Source: Candidatus Woesearchaeota archaeon
Lineage (GTDB): Archaea > Nanobdellota > Nanobdellia > Woesearchaeales > GW2011-AR9
Assembly: GCA_018696595.1 (NCBI GenBank)
Contig: JABHQW010000008.1
Coordinates: 128,001 to 192,000 of the forward strand
Length of the DNA stretch: 64,000 nt
Direction: 5' to 3'
Made by a program: the position numbers and the translations under genes
The notes under the pieces: generated by a model
Databases searched by the model: none
The model's input: the letters and a program-made list of their open reading frames with translations, nothing else
What the model was told of the DNA's origin: nothing
Shown: positions 1-9,588 of the stretch, piece after piece
Layout of the letters: each line of letters begins with the position of its first letter
How positions within the stretch are numbered: position 1 is the first letter of the stretch

Positions 1-1380
1 AGCAGCAATGTTACGATTATCTTGAGATAAGTCTTGAGGACTACTTTCAATTACTGCTTGCCTTTCAGAATTCATTTCTATTCCCAGAATAATTTTGGTG
101 TTCATATTAGCCAAAATGTTTTTAGGAATTTCTGAAGGTAATTGTGTAATTGCAATTAAACCAACTTTAAACTTTCTTCCTTCTCTAGCCAAAGTATCAA
201 AAATGTTTGAACCTTGCTCAAGAATCTTTTTTCCTAAAACACGAGGAGCTTCCTCTAAAACAACAGAGATTACTGGTTTGTCATCCAACTGTCCAATTCT
301 TTTATAATATTTATATTTGTTAAAAATCTCGGTAGTGATTAAACCGCCAACCAAGATTTCAATCGCCCCTGAAAAAAAACTAGTATCAATAATAACCGTT
401 TTAGCATTCTCTAAATCTTGACAAATTTCGCTAATAGTATTTTCACCAGCAACAGCATCAAAAATTCCTTGACAATGTAATTGGCCCTCAACTAAATCTA
501 AATTTAATAAAGCGATCAGTTTTCTTTTAACTACAGAAATAGTATCTTCATGAAAACTTACCCCTTCAATCTTTTGCTCATTTAACAAACTAAAGACCCA
601 ATTTTCCTGAAACTTTTTATGATAAGAATATAAACATTGTCTTTGCGGATCTGATAAAGATATTGCTCCTTGAAAATGTTCTGGTTTGAGTTTACTAAGA
701 TTAACCTTCAAAGACTTGGCCCCAGGCGGAGGATTACTAGGAGTGTAATAAGAAACTCTATCTTTTTGTAAATGATCTTTCAATCCTAATCCTGTTCGGC
801 CATAATATTCGTCATGGGGATCTAAAACAAGCATTCCCGCATAAGTGTGATTAAGAATTTCCCAAAGGACACAACTCATTAAATTACTTTTACCTTTTCC
901 CGTAGATGCAGGAATCAAAACATGGTGACTTAAAACGTCCCTTCCTGCTAAAAATATATTAAAGTCCATTTCCTTGCTACCAGACCTAAGTTTACCCAAA
1001 TATAACGGATTCTCAGGTTTAGTAATAAAGAATAAATCTTCTTTAGTTATTTCTCTGATCTTGGAAAAGAAACTCGGCAATTTCTTGCAAGTTTTACTTT
1101 TATCTCCCACATTTAAAATTGGTTTCAATAAAGCTAATTGATAATTTCTTAAATTTTCATCCATGATTGAAAATGATCCTTCTTCTAAATTCATTCCTGC
1201 AACCATTTCTAAATTTTGTTGAGAAATCTGTGAACCATAAATTAAATCATAAACTTGTAAAATAAATTTTTCATTATTGTTCTCAATTACTAAAAGTTCC
1301 CCCAACTCAACTTCTTGATCTGCTTTAACTCGCATCACAATCTTACTGAAATCACCCGAAACAATTTGACCTTTAAGCAT
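1..1380 (-). CDS. HerA/DUF87-family helicase-like ATPase (3' end beyond window)
   Basis: Not in the track. Read manually from ATG at 1380: [19 protein letters not shown]..., Walker [20 protein letters not shown], Walker [26 protein letters not shown]; frame open to position 1. Confidence 0.85.
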   Translation of the reverse strand, partial: MLKGQIVSGDFSKIVMRVKADQEVELGELLVIENNNEKFILQVYDLIYGSQISQQNLEMVAGMNLEEGSFSIMDENLRNYQLALLKPILNVGDKSKTCKKLPSFFSKIREITKEDLFFITKPENPLYLGKLRSGSKEMDFNIFLAGRDVLSHHVLIPASTGKGKSNLMSCVLWEILNHTYAGMLVLDPHDEYYGRTGLGLKDHLQKDRVSYYTPSNPPPGAKSLKVNLSKLKPEHFQGAISLSDPQRQCLYSYHKKFQENWVFSLLNEQKIEGVSFHEDTISVVKRKLIALLNLDLVEGQLHCQGIFDAVAGENTISEICQDLENAKTVIIDTSFFSGAIEILVGGLITTEIFNKYKYYKRIGQLDDKPVISVVLEEAPRVLGKKILEQGSNIFDTLAREGRKFKVGLIAITQLPSEIPKNILANMNTKIILGIEMNSERQAVIESSPQDLSQDNRNIAA

Positions 1381-1477
1381 AGATTAAACAATTAATTCTT
1401 TGTTTTTATGCTTTTAGGTGATGAATAAGATAAATCCATGAAAAGCTTTATAAAACACTCCAGTTTTTAGGATTAAC

Positions 1478-1732
1478 ATGGAAGCAACAGTTATGCATTT
1501 TAGACAAGGAAGACATCATCAGAACACTAGACAGATGATTATTAAGGTAGCAGACACTCCTGAAGAAGCGGAGAAAGTTATTGGTAAAACTGTTACTTGG
1601 ACTTCTCCTAGCGGCAAAGAGATTAAAGGTAAGATTTCTGCATTACACGGTCGAAAGGGTGCTGTAAGAGCTATTTTTGAAGAAAAAGGTTTACCGGGTC
1701 AATCTCTAGGAACCAAGATTAAGATTGAATAG
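1478..1732 (+). CDS. rpl35ae: 50S ribosomal protein L35Ae
   Basis: HFRQGRHHQ, GKISALHGRKGAVRAIFEEKGLPGQ typical of L35Ae. Confidence 0.92.
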   Translation: MEATVMHFRQGRHHQNTRQMIIKVADTPEEAEKVIGKTVTWTSPSGKEIKGKISALHGRKGAVRAIFEEKGLPGQSLGTKIKIE

Positions 1733-1773
1733 AATTTTAGTTTTCTATATTTTAATTATTAAGAATTATTAAA

Positions 1774-2481
1774 TTAAGCACTATGTGGTAAAGCAGAATC
1801 TGATTTATCTTCCTCAATAAATCTTTCCAAAGCTACAAGAATTTGACCAACTTCTACAATTCTAGTGCCAATCTGATTTTTTATTGTAGTAACTTTACCT
1901 CTCCAAGTAGCATCCGGTTCTCCCGGATCTGGCATTCTCCTAACAACCTCTCGATCAAGATGTGACATGATAGCTTCAACAGAATCATACATTTTTTGAA
2001 GATATACTTTCTTTTCCCCTTCCGTTGAATGGCGAGCAGCCCTTAGACCCTTTTTAAAATTTTTTAAGTTTTCAACTATCCCTTTAACTTGTTCTTTAGC
2101 TTCTTTCACAACCTCGTCAGTTTTGTCACTGAAACCATCGGCCTTTAAGTCACCCAAATCTGTCTGGACTTCAACTAGATAGCCACGAATTGGACTTAAC
2201 AAGCCTTCTCTTTTCTTAGTAGCTTTCATTGCTGCTAGTTTCTCTTTATCAGTTTTTTTCTTTTTCTCTCCCGCTTCTTTATGTTCTTTGTATTTACCAC
2301 CCAAAAAATCTCTAAACTTTTTAGCTTTCTCATCTTGTTCTATTTTCCTAGCTTTTTTTGATTCTTCGGTTGGAGGAGCCACTAAAAAGAATTTAACAAT
2401 ATACCACAATAACATTAAACCAACAATACCGCGAGCTAAATCGATAAACTGAAGTACACTTCCACTAACTGGTGTTGGCAT
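1774..2481 (-). CDS. single-TM protein with long coiled-coil region, unknown function
   Basis: N-terminal hydrophobic helix then Lys/Glu-rich helical region; co-oriented with the two upstream genes. Confidence 0.7.
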   Translation of the reverse strand: MPTPVSGSVLQFIDLARGIVGLMLLWYIVKFFLVAPPTEESKKARKIEQDEKAKKFRDFLGGKYKEHKEAGEKKKKTDKEKLAAMKATKKREGLLSPIRGYLVEVQTDLGDLKADGFSDKTDEVVKEAKEQVKGIVENLKNFKKGLRAARHSTEGEKKVYLQKMYDSVEAIMSHLDREVVRRMPDPGEPDATWRGKVTTIKNQIGTRIVEVGQILVALERFIEEDKSDSALPHSA

Positions 2482-2482
2482 T

Positions 2483-3028
2483 TTAAATCATCCTCGCTAC
2501 ATGATAACGCATAGCTTCTAAAATCCACATTAATAATATAGTTAATATTACTTTCAAAACCACTGTTGCTTTAGTTTCTTTACTATTTCCTTCACTATCC
2601 TTTCCAGGGTAAGACCACATTAAGAATGCAATTCCAACAATGGGGCCTCCGATTAATAATAAAGCAACTAAAGTTGCCCAGCCTGTTCCTGCGGCTAATA
2701 AAACGTGTGCGGGTAAAAATATTGAAGTGATAATTGCAATAATTAAAGAGATGACTAATGCTTGATTCTTTTTAATAAAAGGCAAAGTCGGTTTGTCTCC
2801 ACCACTTAACATGTTAATTACTGCATAAAAAATTGTAAACACTAAGATCCCTATTAATATTCTAGTCAAAGCCACAACCACAGAACCATCAGACATCCCT
2901 AAGAAACTAAGGTTACCGACACTCATGATTTTCCACCAAACGTTTCCTAAAGTATCTCCTAAGTCCGCTAAAACAGTAGGAATAGCTAACAAAGACAGCA
3001 TACTAAATAACAACCACTTCTTTTTCAT
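2483..3028 (-). CDS. multi-pass membrane protein, paralog of the N-terminal half of 3110..4489
   Basis: Signal peptide plus about 4 TM segments; motif IFLP..LL..G.GW.T shared with the neighbour (IFTP..II..G.GY.T). Confidence 0.7.
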   Translation of the reverse strand: MKKKWLLFSMLSLLAIPTVLADLGDTLGNVWWKIMSVGNLSFLGMSDGSVVVALTRILIGILVFTIFYAVINMLSGGDKPTLPFIKKNQALVISLIIAIITSIFLPAHVLLAAGTGWATLVALLLIGGPIVGIAFLMWSYPGKDSEGNSKETKATVVLKVILTILLMWILEAMRYHVARMI

Positions 3029-3109
3029 TAAGGTTAGAATTATTTAATGGTTTATAAGATTTTTGTATGTCAGAAATATAAATAAAAAGAAAAAAAGAAA
3101 AAATGGGGT

Positions 3110-4489
3110 TTAAACAACCCAATTGTCTTTAATGTAGTTTGCAAGTGCAATTGTTTGAGCCAATGCTAATGTTTCTGCTTTCTTAGCTTTACCTAATGCT
3201 AACATTAACGCATTAGTGTGTTTCTTAATTGCATTCAAATCAGTCTCAGCAGGGTTTCCTGCACAAGTAAAAGGATATCCTGCACCACCATTAACCTTGG
3301 CGTAAAAATCAGATTGTCCTTTTCTAACTTTAGCAATTGCAGTTTTAGCACCACGAACTTCTGATAAAACTACAGAAAATTGACCAAGAATTAATTGTGA
3401 GTCTGCACCCATCTTGTCTATTACTGATTGTTTTACACCTTTTTTAGCAAGTTCTTTCTGCAATTTAGTCATCTCTCTAACTTCTCTTCTTTCAGCTCGC
3501 TTAAATCTTTTCATATCTTTTGTGGTTACAGTATCCATAATACTTTTTAATTTATTATAAGACGCTTTCATAGAATCTAACTGAGCCTTACTTAACACAT
3601 CTTTAGTAGCATGTTTGTCAACATCAGTGTACTTAAGCTTGTAATCTTTACCAAAACTAATTGCTTCTTTGATATCTTTTAGCTGTTCTTCTTCTGCCGC
3701 GACATCTGATAATAGTCTAGTTTTTTCAATCTGAGCATGTCTTAATTCCTTACCCTTTTCAGTATAAGAACCAACAAGCGGAAGACTCTGAGAAATCCTA
3801 TTCCATAAACGTTTAGCACCATTTGGATGATGAGCTGAAGATCTTCCCCAATTGCTCATTACACTTAATAAGCTGATAGCTGCTAATGCCCAAGCTAAAA
3901 CAATTACCCATGTGAAAAAGCTAGATATTGCTCCAAAAGAAGTCCCTACAGTTCCACCAACTCCTGCTGCAAATCCGGCAATCATTCCATCAACTGTGTA
4001 TAAAACTAATATAGCAAAAACCATGCAAATAAAACGCATAATATGATGACCTTTCAGGAAATAATATGCGGCAAATAAAAGCCCCACTGGCAACCCTAAA
4101 AACAACAAACTGAATATTGTTCCGTAACCTACACCACCACCAATAATAATACTTGTTGGTGTAAAAATAATTACTACTAAACTAAGAATTGCTGATAAAC
4201 CAAGAGCAGTATAATTGTTTAAACCAATTGCTGTTGCCCCTTTGTATAATAGTAAGATAATCGCGATCAATAGTAAGAATCTAATAAATCCCTCTAATGG
4301 ATCAATCGTATTTTGAATTACATTTAAGCCATCAGGACCTAAAAACTGCAAAGTTACAATATTTTGAAAAGTCGCTTTTGCATCTATATTAGATAAACCA
4401 CTGCTGCCACTTGCTGCTGTTCCACAACCACTTAAAAACAAAGTTGCGATTACTAAAAAACTTAAAAAAAATAACATTCCTTTTTTCAT
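3110..4489 (-). CDS. multi-pass membrane protein with coiled-coil C-terminal domain
   Basis: Lipobox-like LSGC, 5-6 TM segments, about 220 aa helical tail. Confidence 0.75.
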   Translation of the reverse strand: MKKGMLFFLSFLVIATLFLSGCGTAASGSSGLSNIDAKATFQNIVTLQFLGPDGLNVIQNTIDPLEGFIRFLLLIAIILLLYKGATAIGLNNYTALGLSAILSLVVIIFTPTSIIIGGGVGYGTIFSLLFLGLPVGLLFAAYYFLKGHHIMRFICMVFAILVLYTVDGMIAGFAAGVGGTVGTSFGAISSFFTWVIVLAWALAAISLLSVMSNWGRSSAHHPNGAKRLWNRISQSLPLVGSYTEKGKELRHAQIEKTRLLSDVAAEEEQLKDIKEAISFGKDYKLKYTDVDKHATKDVLSKAQLDSMKASYNKLKSIMDTVTTKDMKRFKRAERREVREMTKLQKELAKKGVKQSVIDKMGADSQLILGQFSVVLSEVRGAKTAIAKVRKGQSDFYAKVNGGAGYPFTCAGNPAETDLNAIKKHTNALMLALGKAKKAETLALAQTIALANYIKDNWVV

Positions 4490-4679
4490 TATTTAACACC
4501 TCGATTTTTCGAGAGGCATTAGAAGATTCACGTTTCTATCGCCTCAATTTTAAATTATTATTATTAAAGAGAATTAATTGTCATATTTAAAGCTTTCCTA
4601 ACTTCAAAATATTAATTAGAGAGAAACACCTTTATCTTTTCCAAAAGCTTTATAAATAAGCCACTATCTTAATGGCTCT

Positions 4680-5129
4680 ATGACTCATATATTAACAGTA
4701 AACCCAAACGAACTTGTAAATAAGGCGGCAGTTGAACTAAAAAAGCAAAAATTAGTTGAACCAACTGAATGGAGTAAGTTTGTAAAAACCGGACATCACA
4801 AAGAAAGATTACCAGATAATGATGATTGGTGGTACCACAGATCAGCTGCAATCTTGAGAAGTATTGCTAGATTAGGCCCAGTGGGTACAGCAAAACTAAA
4901 AACGAAGTTCGGCGGAAAGAAAAACAGAGGCCACAAACCAGAAAAAGTTTTCAAGGCATCAGGTTCAATAATCAGAAAAATTCTTCAACAATTAGAAAAA
5001 TCAGAATTAATTAAACAAGCTGAAAAAGGAGTTCATAAAGGAAGAGTATTAACTCCAAAAGGCGTATCATTCTTAGATAAAATGGCTGTTGAAATCGCTA
5101 AACAGCAATATAAAGAAAGCAAACAATAA
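4680..5129 (+). CDS. rps19e: 30S ribosomal protein S19e
   Basis: FVKTGHHKERLP, WWYHRSAAILR, SGSIIRKILQQLE. Confidence 0.95.
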   Translation: MTHILTVNPNELVNKAAVELKKQKLVEPTEWSKFVKTGHHKERLPDNDDWWYHRSAAILRSIARLGPVGTAKLKTKFGGKKNRGHKPEKVFKASGSIIRKILQQLEKSELIKQAEKGVHKGRVLTPKGVSFLDKMAVEIAKQQYKESKQ

Positions 5130-5131
5130 AA

Positions 5132-5305
5132 ATGGCAAGAAATAAACATCCAGCAAAGAAGAAACGGTTAATCAAGTTAAATAAACAAACTAGGTGGGCA
5201 CCGTTCTGGACAGTTTTCAAAATCTATGGCAAGGGTAGAAAAGTTCATCCTTCCAGACATACAGAAGTTAAAAGATCCTGGAGAAGAGGGAAAACTAAAG
5301 CGTAA
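5132..5305 (+). CDS. rpl39e: 50S ribosomal protein L39e
   Basis: Manually read 57 aa MARNKHPAKKKRLIKLNKQTRWAPFWTVFKIYGKGRKVHPSRHTEVKRSWRRGKTKA, between S19e and L31e. Confidence 0.9.
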   Translation: MARNKHPAKKKRLIKLNKQTRWAPFWTVFKIYGKGRKVHPSRHTEVKRSWRRGKTKA

Positions 5306-5310
5306 TTAAA

Positions 5311-5778
5311 ATGGCTAAGAAAGAAACCAAAACAGTTATCGAAAGAACTTATAACGTCCCGTTAAGGAAAGAGTACAGGAAAGTTCCACGTTGGCAAAGA
5401 ACTAAAAAAGCAGTTAGTGCTTTAAGACAATTTCTTTCTAAACATATGAAATCAGATAATGTTAAAATCAGTAAAGAGTTAAATCAAAAAGTTTGGAAGC
5501 ACGGAATTAAGAATCCACCACATCATGTTAAGATTACTGTTACTAAAGATTCTGAAGGTGTTGTTAAAGCAGATTTGTTTGGTGAGAAAAAAGGTAAAAA
5601 GAAATCTTCAAAACCAGTTGCTAAAAAAGAAGAAGTTAAAACTGAAGAGAAGAAAACTGAAGTAAAAGAAGAAGTTGAGAAAGTAGAAGCACCGGTTGAA
5701 GAGAAAAAAGAAGAAACAAAAGAACCAGAAGCACCTAAAGAAGAAAAGCCAGTTGAAGAAATTAAGAAATCCGAATAA
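5311..5778 (+). CDS. rpl31e: 50S ribosomal protein L31e with charged C-terminal extension
   Basis: IERTYNVPLR, RTKKAVSALRQFLSKHMK, WKHGIKNPP. Confidence 0.93.
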   Translation: MAKKETKTVIERTYNVPLRKEYRKVPRWQRTKKAVSALRQFLSKHMKSDNVKISKELNQKVWKHGIKNPPHHVKITVTKDSEGVVKADLFGEKKGKKKSSKPVAKKEEVKTEEKKTEVKEEVEKVEAPVEEKKEETKEPEAPKEEKPVEEIKKSE

Positions 5779-5802
5779 TTCTAAATTGTTTTTTATAAAG
5801 AC

Positions 5803-5842
5803 CCACTAGACACACTAGACAGGTTCAGGAAACACATATAAA
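5803..5842 (+). promoter_or_regulatory. CCACTAGACA-CACTAGACA motif followed after 14 nt by TATA box ATATAAA
   Basis: Same motif and spacing at 23406 and 43138 (minus). Confidence 0.6.
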
Positions 5843-5964
5843 GGATTAGTTTTCTAATATTTCTATAAAAAACGAAAGGAGGAAAAGATTATCATCTTTT
5901 GGTGGGTAAGTTATTTTATGAACGCATCCCACCGTCTTTGGATGATAACCTTTGTAAAGGTTAT

Positions 5965-6780
5965 ATGGCAAAAAGAGTTGAATCACCATCATCAATTAAT
6001 ACGTTTAAGCAATGTAAAAGAAAATATTATTATTCCTACATAGAAAAATTGCCAAGCGTCCCAAGTATCCACCTAGTCAGAGGAAATATTGCCCACTCTG
6101 CTTTGGAAGATTTCTACGATATTGATGTCAGCAAATTCAATGAAGAAAATTGTCAAAAAGAATTTCAACAAGCTGTTCAAAAATTATTGGTTTATCAATG
6201 GGACAAATATGGACCGAAATTAAATGACCTGGGCTTAAATAATGATAAATTAAAATTTTATTTTGAAGAAACAATGTTAATGTTAATGAATTGGTGTAAA
6301 TATTTCTTAGCAGATATCAAACAATTAATTAAAGAAAAAAATATTTCTGTACAAGAAGCGTTTACTGAATTAACACCAGTCAGAGAACAGAAATTTAGTT
6401 CTGAAGAATATTCTGTAAGGGGATTTATTGATGCTGTTCACCATTGTGGAGATGAGATTCACATTTTAGACTATAAAACAAATGCACGGTTTGATATGAA
6501 AGAGAGCATTAAGTTGCAATTGGCAATATACTCTTTGTTATACCAAGAAAAGAAAGGAGTTATGCCGCATAAAGTAGGAATCTTTTTCTTAAGACATAAA
6601 TCCAAGTATATGAATGTAGAACCTGGATTAATTGAGTTAGCTAAACGAGAAATCAATTCAATTCATTCACATACTTCTAGTACTGAACATGTCGATGATT
6701 ATCCGCAAACCATTACACCTTTATGTAAATGGTCTACTGGTCAGTGTGATTATTATCATGCCTGTAAACCACACGGTTAA
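5965..6780 (+). CDS. solo Cas4-like / RecB-family PD-(D/E)XK nuclease
   Basis: SPSSINTFKQCKRKYYY, RGFIDAV, ILDYKT, QLAIY, C-terminal C-x6-C-x5-C; ATG at 5965 preferred over TTG at 5899. Confidence 0.8.
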   Translation: MAKRVESPSSINTFKQCKRKYYYSYIEKLPSVPSIHLVRGNIAHSALEDFYDIDVSKFNEENCQKEFQQAVQKLLVYQWDKYGPKLNDLGLNNDKLKFYFEETMLMLMNWCKYFLADIKQLIKEKNISVQEAFTELTPVREQKFSSEEYSVRGFIDAVHHCGDEIHILDYKTNARFDMKESIKLQLAIYSLLYQEKKGVMPHKVGIFFLRHKSKYMNVEPGLIELAKREINSIHSHTSSTEHVDDYPQTITPLCKWSTGQCDYYHACKPHG

Positions 6781-6783
6781 GAA

Positions 6784-7857
6784 CTAAGCGCTAGCCATAA
6801 AACTCATTTTAATTATTTCTTGATAAGATATAGTTCCTAAACCAAAATCTGGAAGTCCAAAAATAATCATTACAGCCAAAGCAATAAAGAAAGCATAAAA
6901 GTACAAGAACAAATTGTTAAATAAATGATTTCCCCTCCATTCAAAAGGCAAAATAAAATATTTTGTAATTAAGAATACAGCAAGTAAAATCACTACAATT
7001 ATCGCAAAAGCAAAAATTGGCAATTCCATAATTAAAACAATGGTTTCTACTAAAGCACCAATTAATAATGTAATTAAAGCTGCTAAAAGCAAGTATAAGT
7101 TAAAAGTAAAAACTTCAAAGAAACGATTAGAAGCAAATTTTTCTAAAAGCACATCTTTTGAAATAACACTTCCAGAAATTGCCGCCAGGAAATAAGACAG
7201 TGCTTCGATTATCATATGACAAAAGACAACAAACATTATCCCCACAAATATTAAAATTGGCCACTGGCCAGAAAACGAAGCTGCATTCTTTGCAGTTAAT
7301 CCAAATATCGTGCCCCAAACCGAAGCGTTCCATGTTATTAAGAAAATCGCCCCATCCCCTGTTAATAAAGCCATAATAAAACAAGCCATTAAAACTAAAA
7401 AATTATTGCTTAACAAACTTTTGAACAAGCCAGCATCAAAGAATTCTGTGGAAACAGCACTACCAGCAAAACCTTGTCCAAATCTAATCTCTAATTGTTC
7501 TCTAAATAAAGTGTTACTTTGCATTTCGGGCATAACCATTGTACCAACAGAATAAACAAGTAAAATCCCAATAAATAAATAAACATAAATTTTAACAACG
7601 TCAACATCATCTTTCCATAATGATTGTAGAGAAACTTTTTGTTCCATACTTTCTTGTCTTTCCTCGATGGAAAATATTTTGTAAAGTTCAGGTAATAATA
7701 ACAATGAAGTGAAAGCAACTGCAACTAATGCTGGATCTCCTGGAAATAATACTGAAGCAATTAACAATCCAATGAAAGAATAAACAATTCCTAGAATTAA
7801 AGCATAAATGCCTTTCCTTTCTAACCAATCTTCTGGAAATATATGTTCTAACACCAT
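6784..7857 (-). CDS. SpoIIM/DUF95-like integral membrane protein
   Basis: Minus strand by direct reading (CAT at 7855-7857); LLSNNFLVL, WNASVWG, HMIIE motifs; many TMs. Confidence 0.55.
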   Translation of the reverse strand: MVLEHIFPEDWLERKGIYALILGIVYSFIGLLIASVLFPGDPALVAVAFTSLLLLPELYKIFSIEERQESMEQKVSLQSLWKDDVDVVKIYVYLFIGILLVYSVGTMVMPEMQSNTLFREQLEIRFGQGFAGSAVSTEFFDAGLFKSLLSNNFLVLMACFIMALLTGDGAIFLITWNASVWGTIFGLTAKNAASFSGQWPILIFVGIMFVVFCHMIIEALSYFLAAISGSVISKDVLLEKFASNRFFEVFTFNLYLLLAALITLLIGALVETIVLIMELPIFAFAIIVVILLAVFLITKYFILPFEWRGNHLFNNLFLYFYAFFIALAVMIIFGLPDFGLGTISYQEIIKMSFMASA

Positions 7858-7974
7858 CTTTTGAGTTAAGAAAGATATTTTAGTTTATATAGTTTACTAT
7901 TTGTGATAAACCATAACATTTATTAAAAACAAACACACAATAGGACCAATTAAAAATTTTGAGGGTGAATTAAT

Positions 7975-8523
7975 ATGGTAGCTACATGGATTATTGGAAT
8001 TATTGTTGCTGTGGTGATATTGTTTGTTATTTACATTTACAACAGCTTGATTAAATTAAAAGTAAGAGTAAAGAACGCCTGGTCACAAATTGATGTGCAA
8101 TTAAAAAGAAGATATGACTTAATACCAAACCTAGTAAATGCAGTTAAAGGTTATATGAAACATGAGAAGACTGTTTTAGAAGAAGTTACTAAAGCAAGAA
8201 CAAGTTTAATGTCTGGTTCAAAAGAAACTCAAGCAGAAGCATCTAACCAAATAACAGAAGCATTAAAATCTATTTTTGCAGTGGCAGAAAATTATCCTGA
8301 CCTTAAAGCTAGTGAGAATTTTAAACAATTACAAGAAGAACTTTCTGGAACAGAATCAAAGATTGCTTATGCTAGACAATTTTATAATGATAGTGTAATG
8401 GCTTTTAATGAAGCGATTCAAGTATTTCCAAAAAATATGTTTGCCAAAATGTTTGGATTTAAACAAGAAGAATTTTTTGGTGCTGAAGGAAAAGAAAGAG
8501 AGAATGTGGAAGTTAAATTCTAA
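7975..8523 (+). CDS. lemA: LemA family protein
   Basis: [40 protein letters not shown]. Confidence 0.95.
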   Translation: MVATWIIGIIVAVVILFVIYIYNSLIKLKVRVKNAWSQIDVQLKRRYDLIPNLVNAVKGYMKHEKTVLEEVTKARTSLMSGSKETQAEASNQITEALKSIFAVAENYPDLKASENFKQLQEELSGTESKIAYARQFYNDSVMAFNEAIQVFPKNMFAKMFGFKQEEFFGAEGKERENVEVKF

Positions 8524-8561
8524 TTCCACTTTTTATTTTTTTAATATCTTAATTTTCAAAA

Positions 8562-9461
8562 ATGGGAATATATGAAGAAATAGCATCAAACAAAAGAAGA
8601 TCGTACCTATTGATTTTTGCATTTCTAATTTTTATTACATTTGTTGGCTATGTTGTTGGATTCTTTTACGGAAGCGGTTACTTTGGTATTGGTCTAGCAT
8701 TAGTTATTGGAATCATTTACTTTCTAATTAGTTATTATGGGGGAGCTAACGCAATTCTAGCCATGACTAAAGCTAAAGAAGCAACAAAACCAAAATACAC
8801 TTACTTGATAAACACAGTAGAAGGATTAGCAATTGCAGCAGGATTAGCAAAACCACCAAAGGTTTATGTTATCGAAGATTCAGCATTAAACGCTTTCGCT
8901 ACTGGTAGAGATCCTGAACATTCTTCAATCACAGTTACAACTGGATTACTTGAAAAATTAACCAAATTAGAATTAGAAGGAGTTATTGCCCATGAAATGT
9001 CACACATAAAAAACTTCGATATTAGGGTAATGATGTTAGCAGCAGTAATGGTTGGATTAACAGTTTTACTTTCTGACTTTTTGTTGCGTAGTTTCTTATG
9101 GGGCCGAGGAGGAAGAAGCCGTGAGAATAACCAAATGACTGCCGTTTTTATTATTGTAGGATTAGCTTTAGCAATTCTTGCACCATTAGTTGGAGAAGCA
9201 ATCAAGTTAGCTATTTCCCGTAAGAGAGAATATCTTGCTGATGCATCTGGGGCCTTGTTAACCAGATATCCAAAAGGTTTAGCTGATGCCCTTAAGAAAA
9301 TTAGAAGTGATCCTGATCCATTAGTTGACCATGCTAATAAAGCCACAGCACATCTGTTCATTTCTACCCCTTTTAGAAAATCGAAGAAGTCTTTTATGAA
9401 GAAATTGTTTTCTACACACCCACCAATTGATCAGCGGATTAAAAAGTTAGAAAATATGTAA
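8562..9461 (+). CDS. htpX: HtpX M48 zinc metalloprotease
   Basis: NAFATGRDP, AHEMSH, SRKREYLADA, THPP. Confidence 0.93.
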   Translation: MGIYEEIASNKRRSYLLIFAFLIFITFVGYVVGFFYGSGYFGIGLALVIGIIYFLISYYGGANAILAMTKAKEATKPKYTYLINTVEGLAIAAGLAKPPKVYVIEDSALNAFATGRDPEHSSITVTTGLLEKLTKLELEGVIAHEMSHIKNFDIRVMMLAAVMVGLTVLLSDFLLRSFLWGRGGRSRENNQMTAVFIIVGLALAILAPLVGEAIKLAISRKREYLADASGALLTRYPKGLADALKKIRSDPDPLVDHANKATAHLFISTPFRKSKKSFMKKLFSTHPPIDQRIKKLENM

Positions 9462-9524
9462 AATCTATTTTTATCAAATATTTTGTTAGATTTTTTAAAT
9501 ACAGGCCGTTTCTACACTAATATT

Positions 9525-9588
9525 ACCCAGCGTTAGTACTTCCCTTGTGAGACGATGATCAAGGGCGTTAAACGTTGGGTTCATAATC
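9525..9588 (+). ncRNA. candidate K-loop hairpin sRNA (H/ACA-like)
   Basis: 10-bp basal stem ACCCAGCGTT/AACGTTGGGT, internal loop, upper stem CCCTTG/CAAGGG capped by U-U and tandem GA pairs; TATA-like TTTTAAAT at 9493-9500. Confidence 0.55.

Noticed and set aside
95-307. 70-aa plus-strand ORF and the many other short shadow ORFs overlapping long genes
   Set aside because: They are antisense or out-of-frame to well-supported genes and have no motifs
1526-1534. CACTAGACA inside rpl35ae
   Set aside because: Coding context (N-T-R-Q), lacks the leading C and a TATA at 14 nt; treated as chance
4513-4545. Hairpin GAGGC...GCCTC upstream of the membrane operon
   Set aside because: Short and imperfect, with no recognisable riboswitch or K-turn features
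5803-5821. CRISPR array near the Cas4-like gene
   Set aside because: Only two 9-10 bp units; no repeat-spacer periodicity anywhere in the window
7975-9461. lemA-htpX pair
   Set aside because: Common, well-described gene pair
9492-9584. Tiny ORFs antisense to the two hairpin RNAs, both ending in A-C-I-stop
   Set aside because: The endings fall at non-equivalent positions of the two elements; G-U pairs and TATA boxes favour the RNA strand
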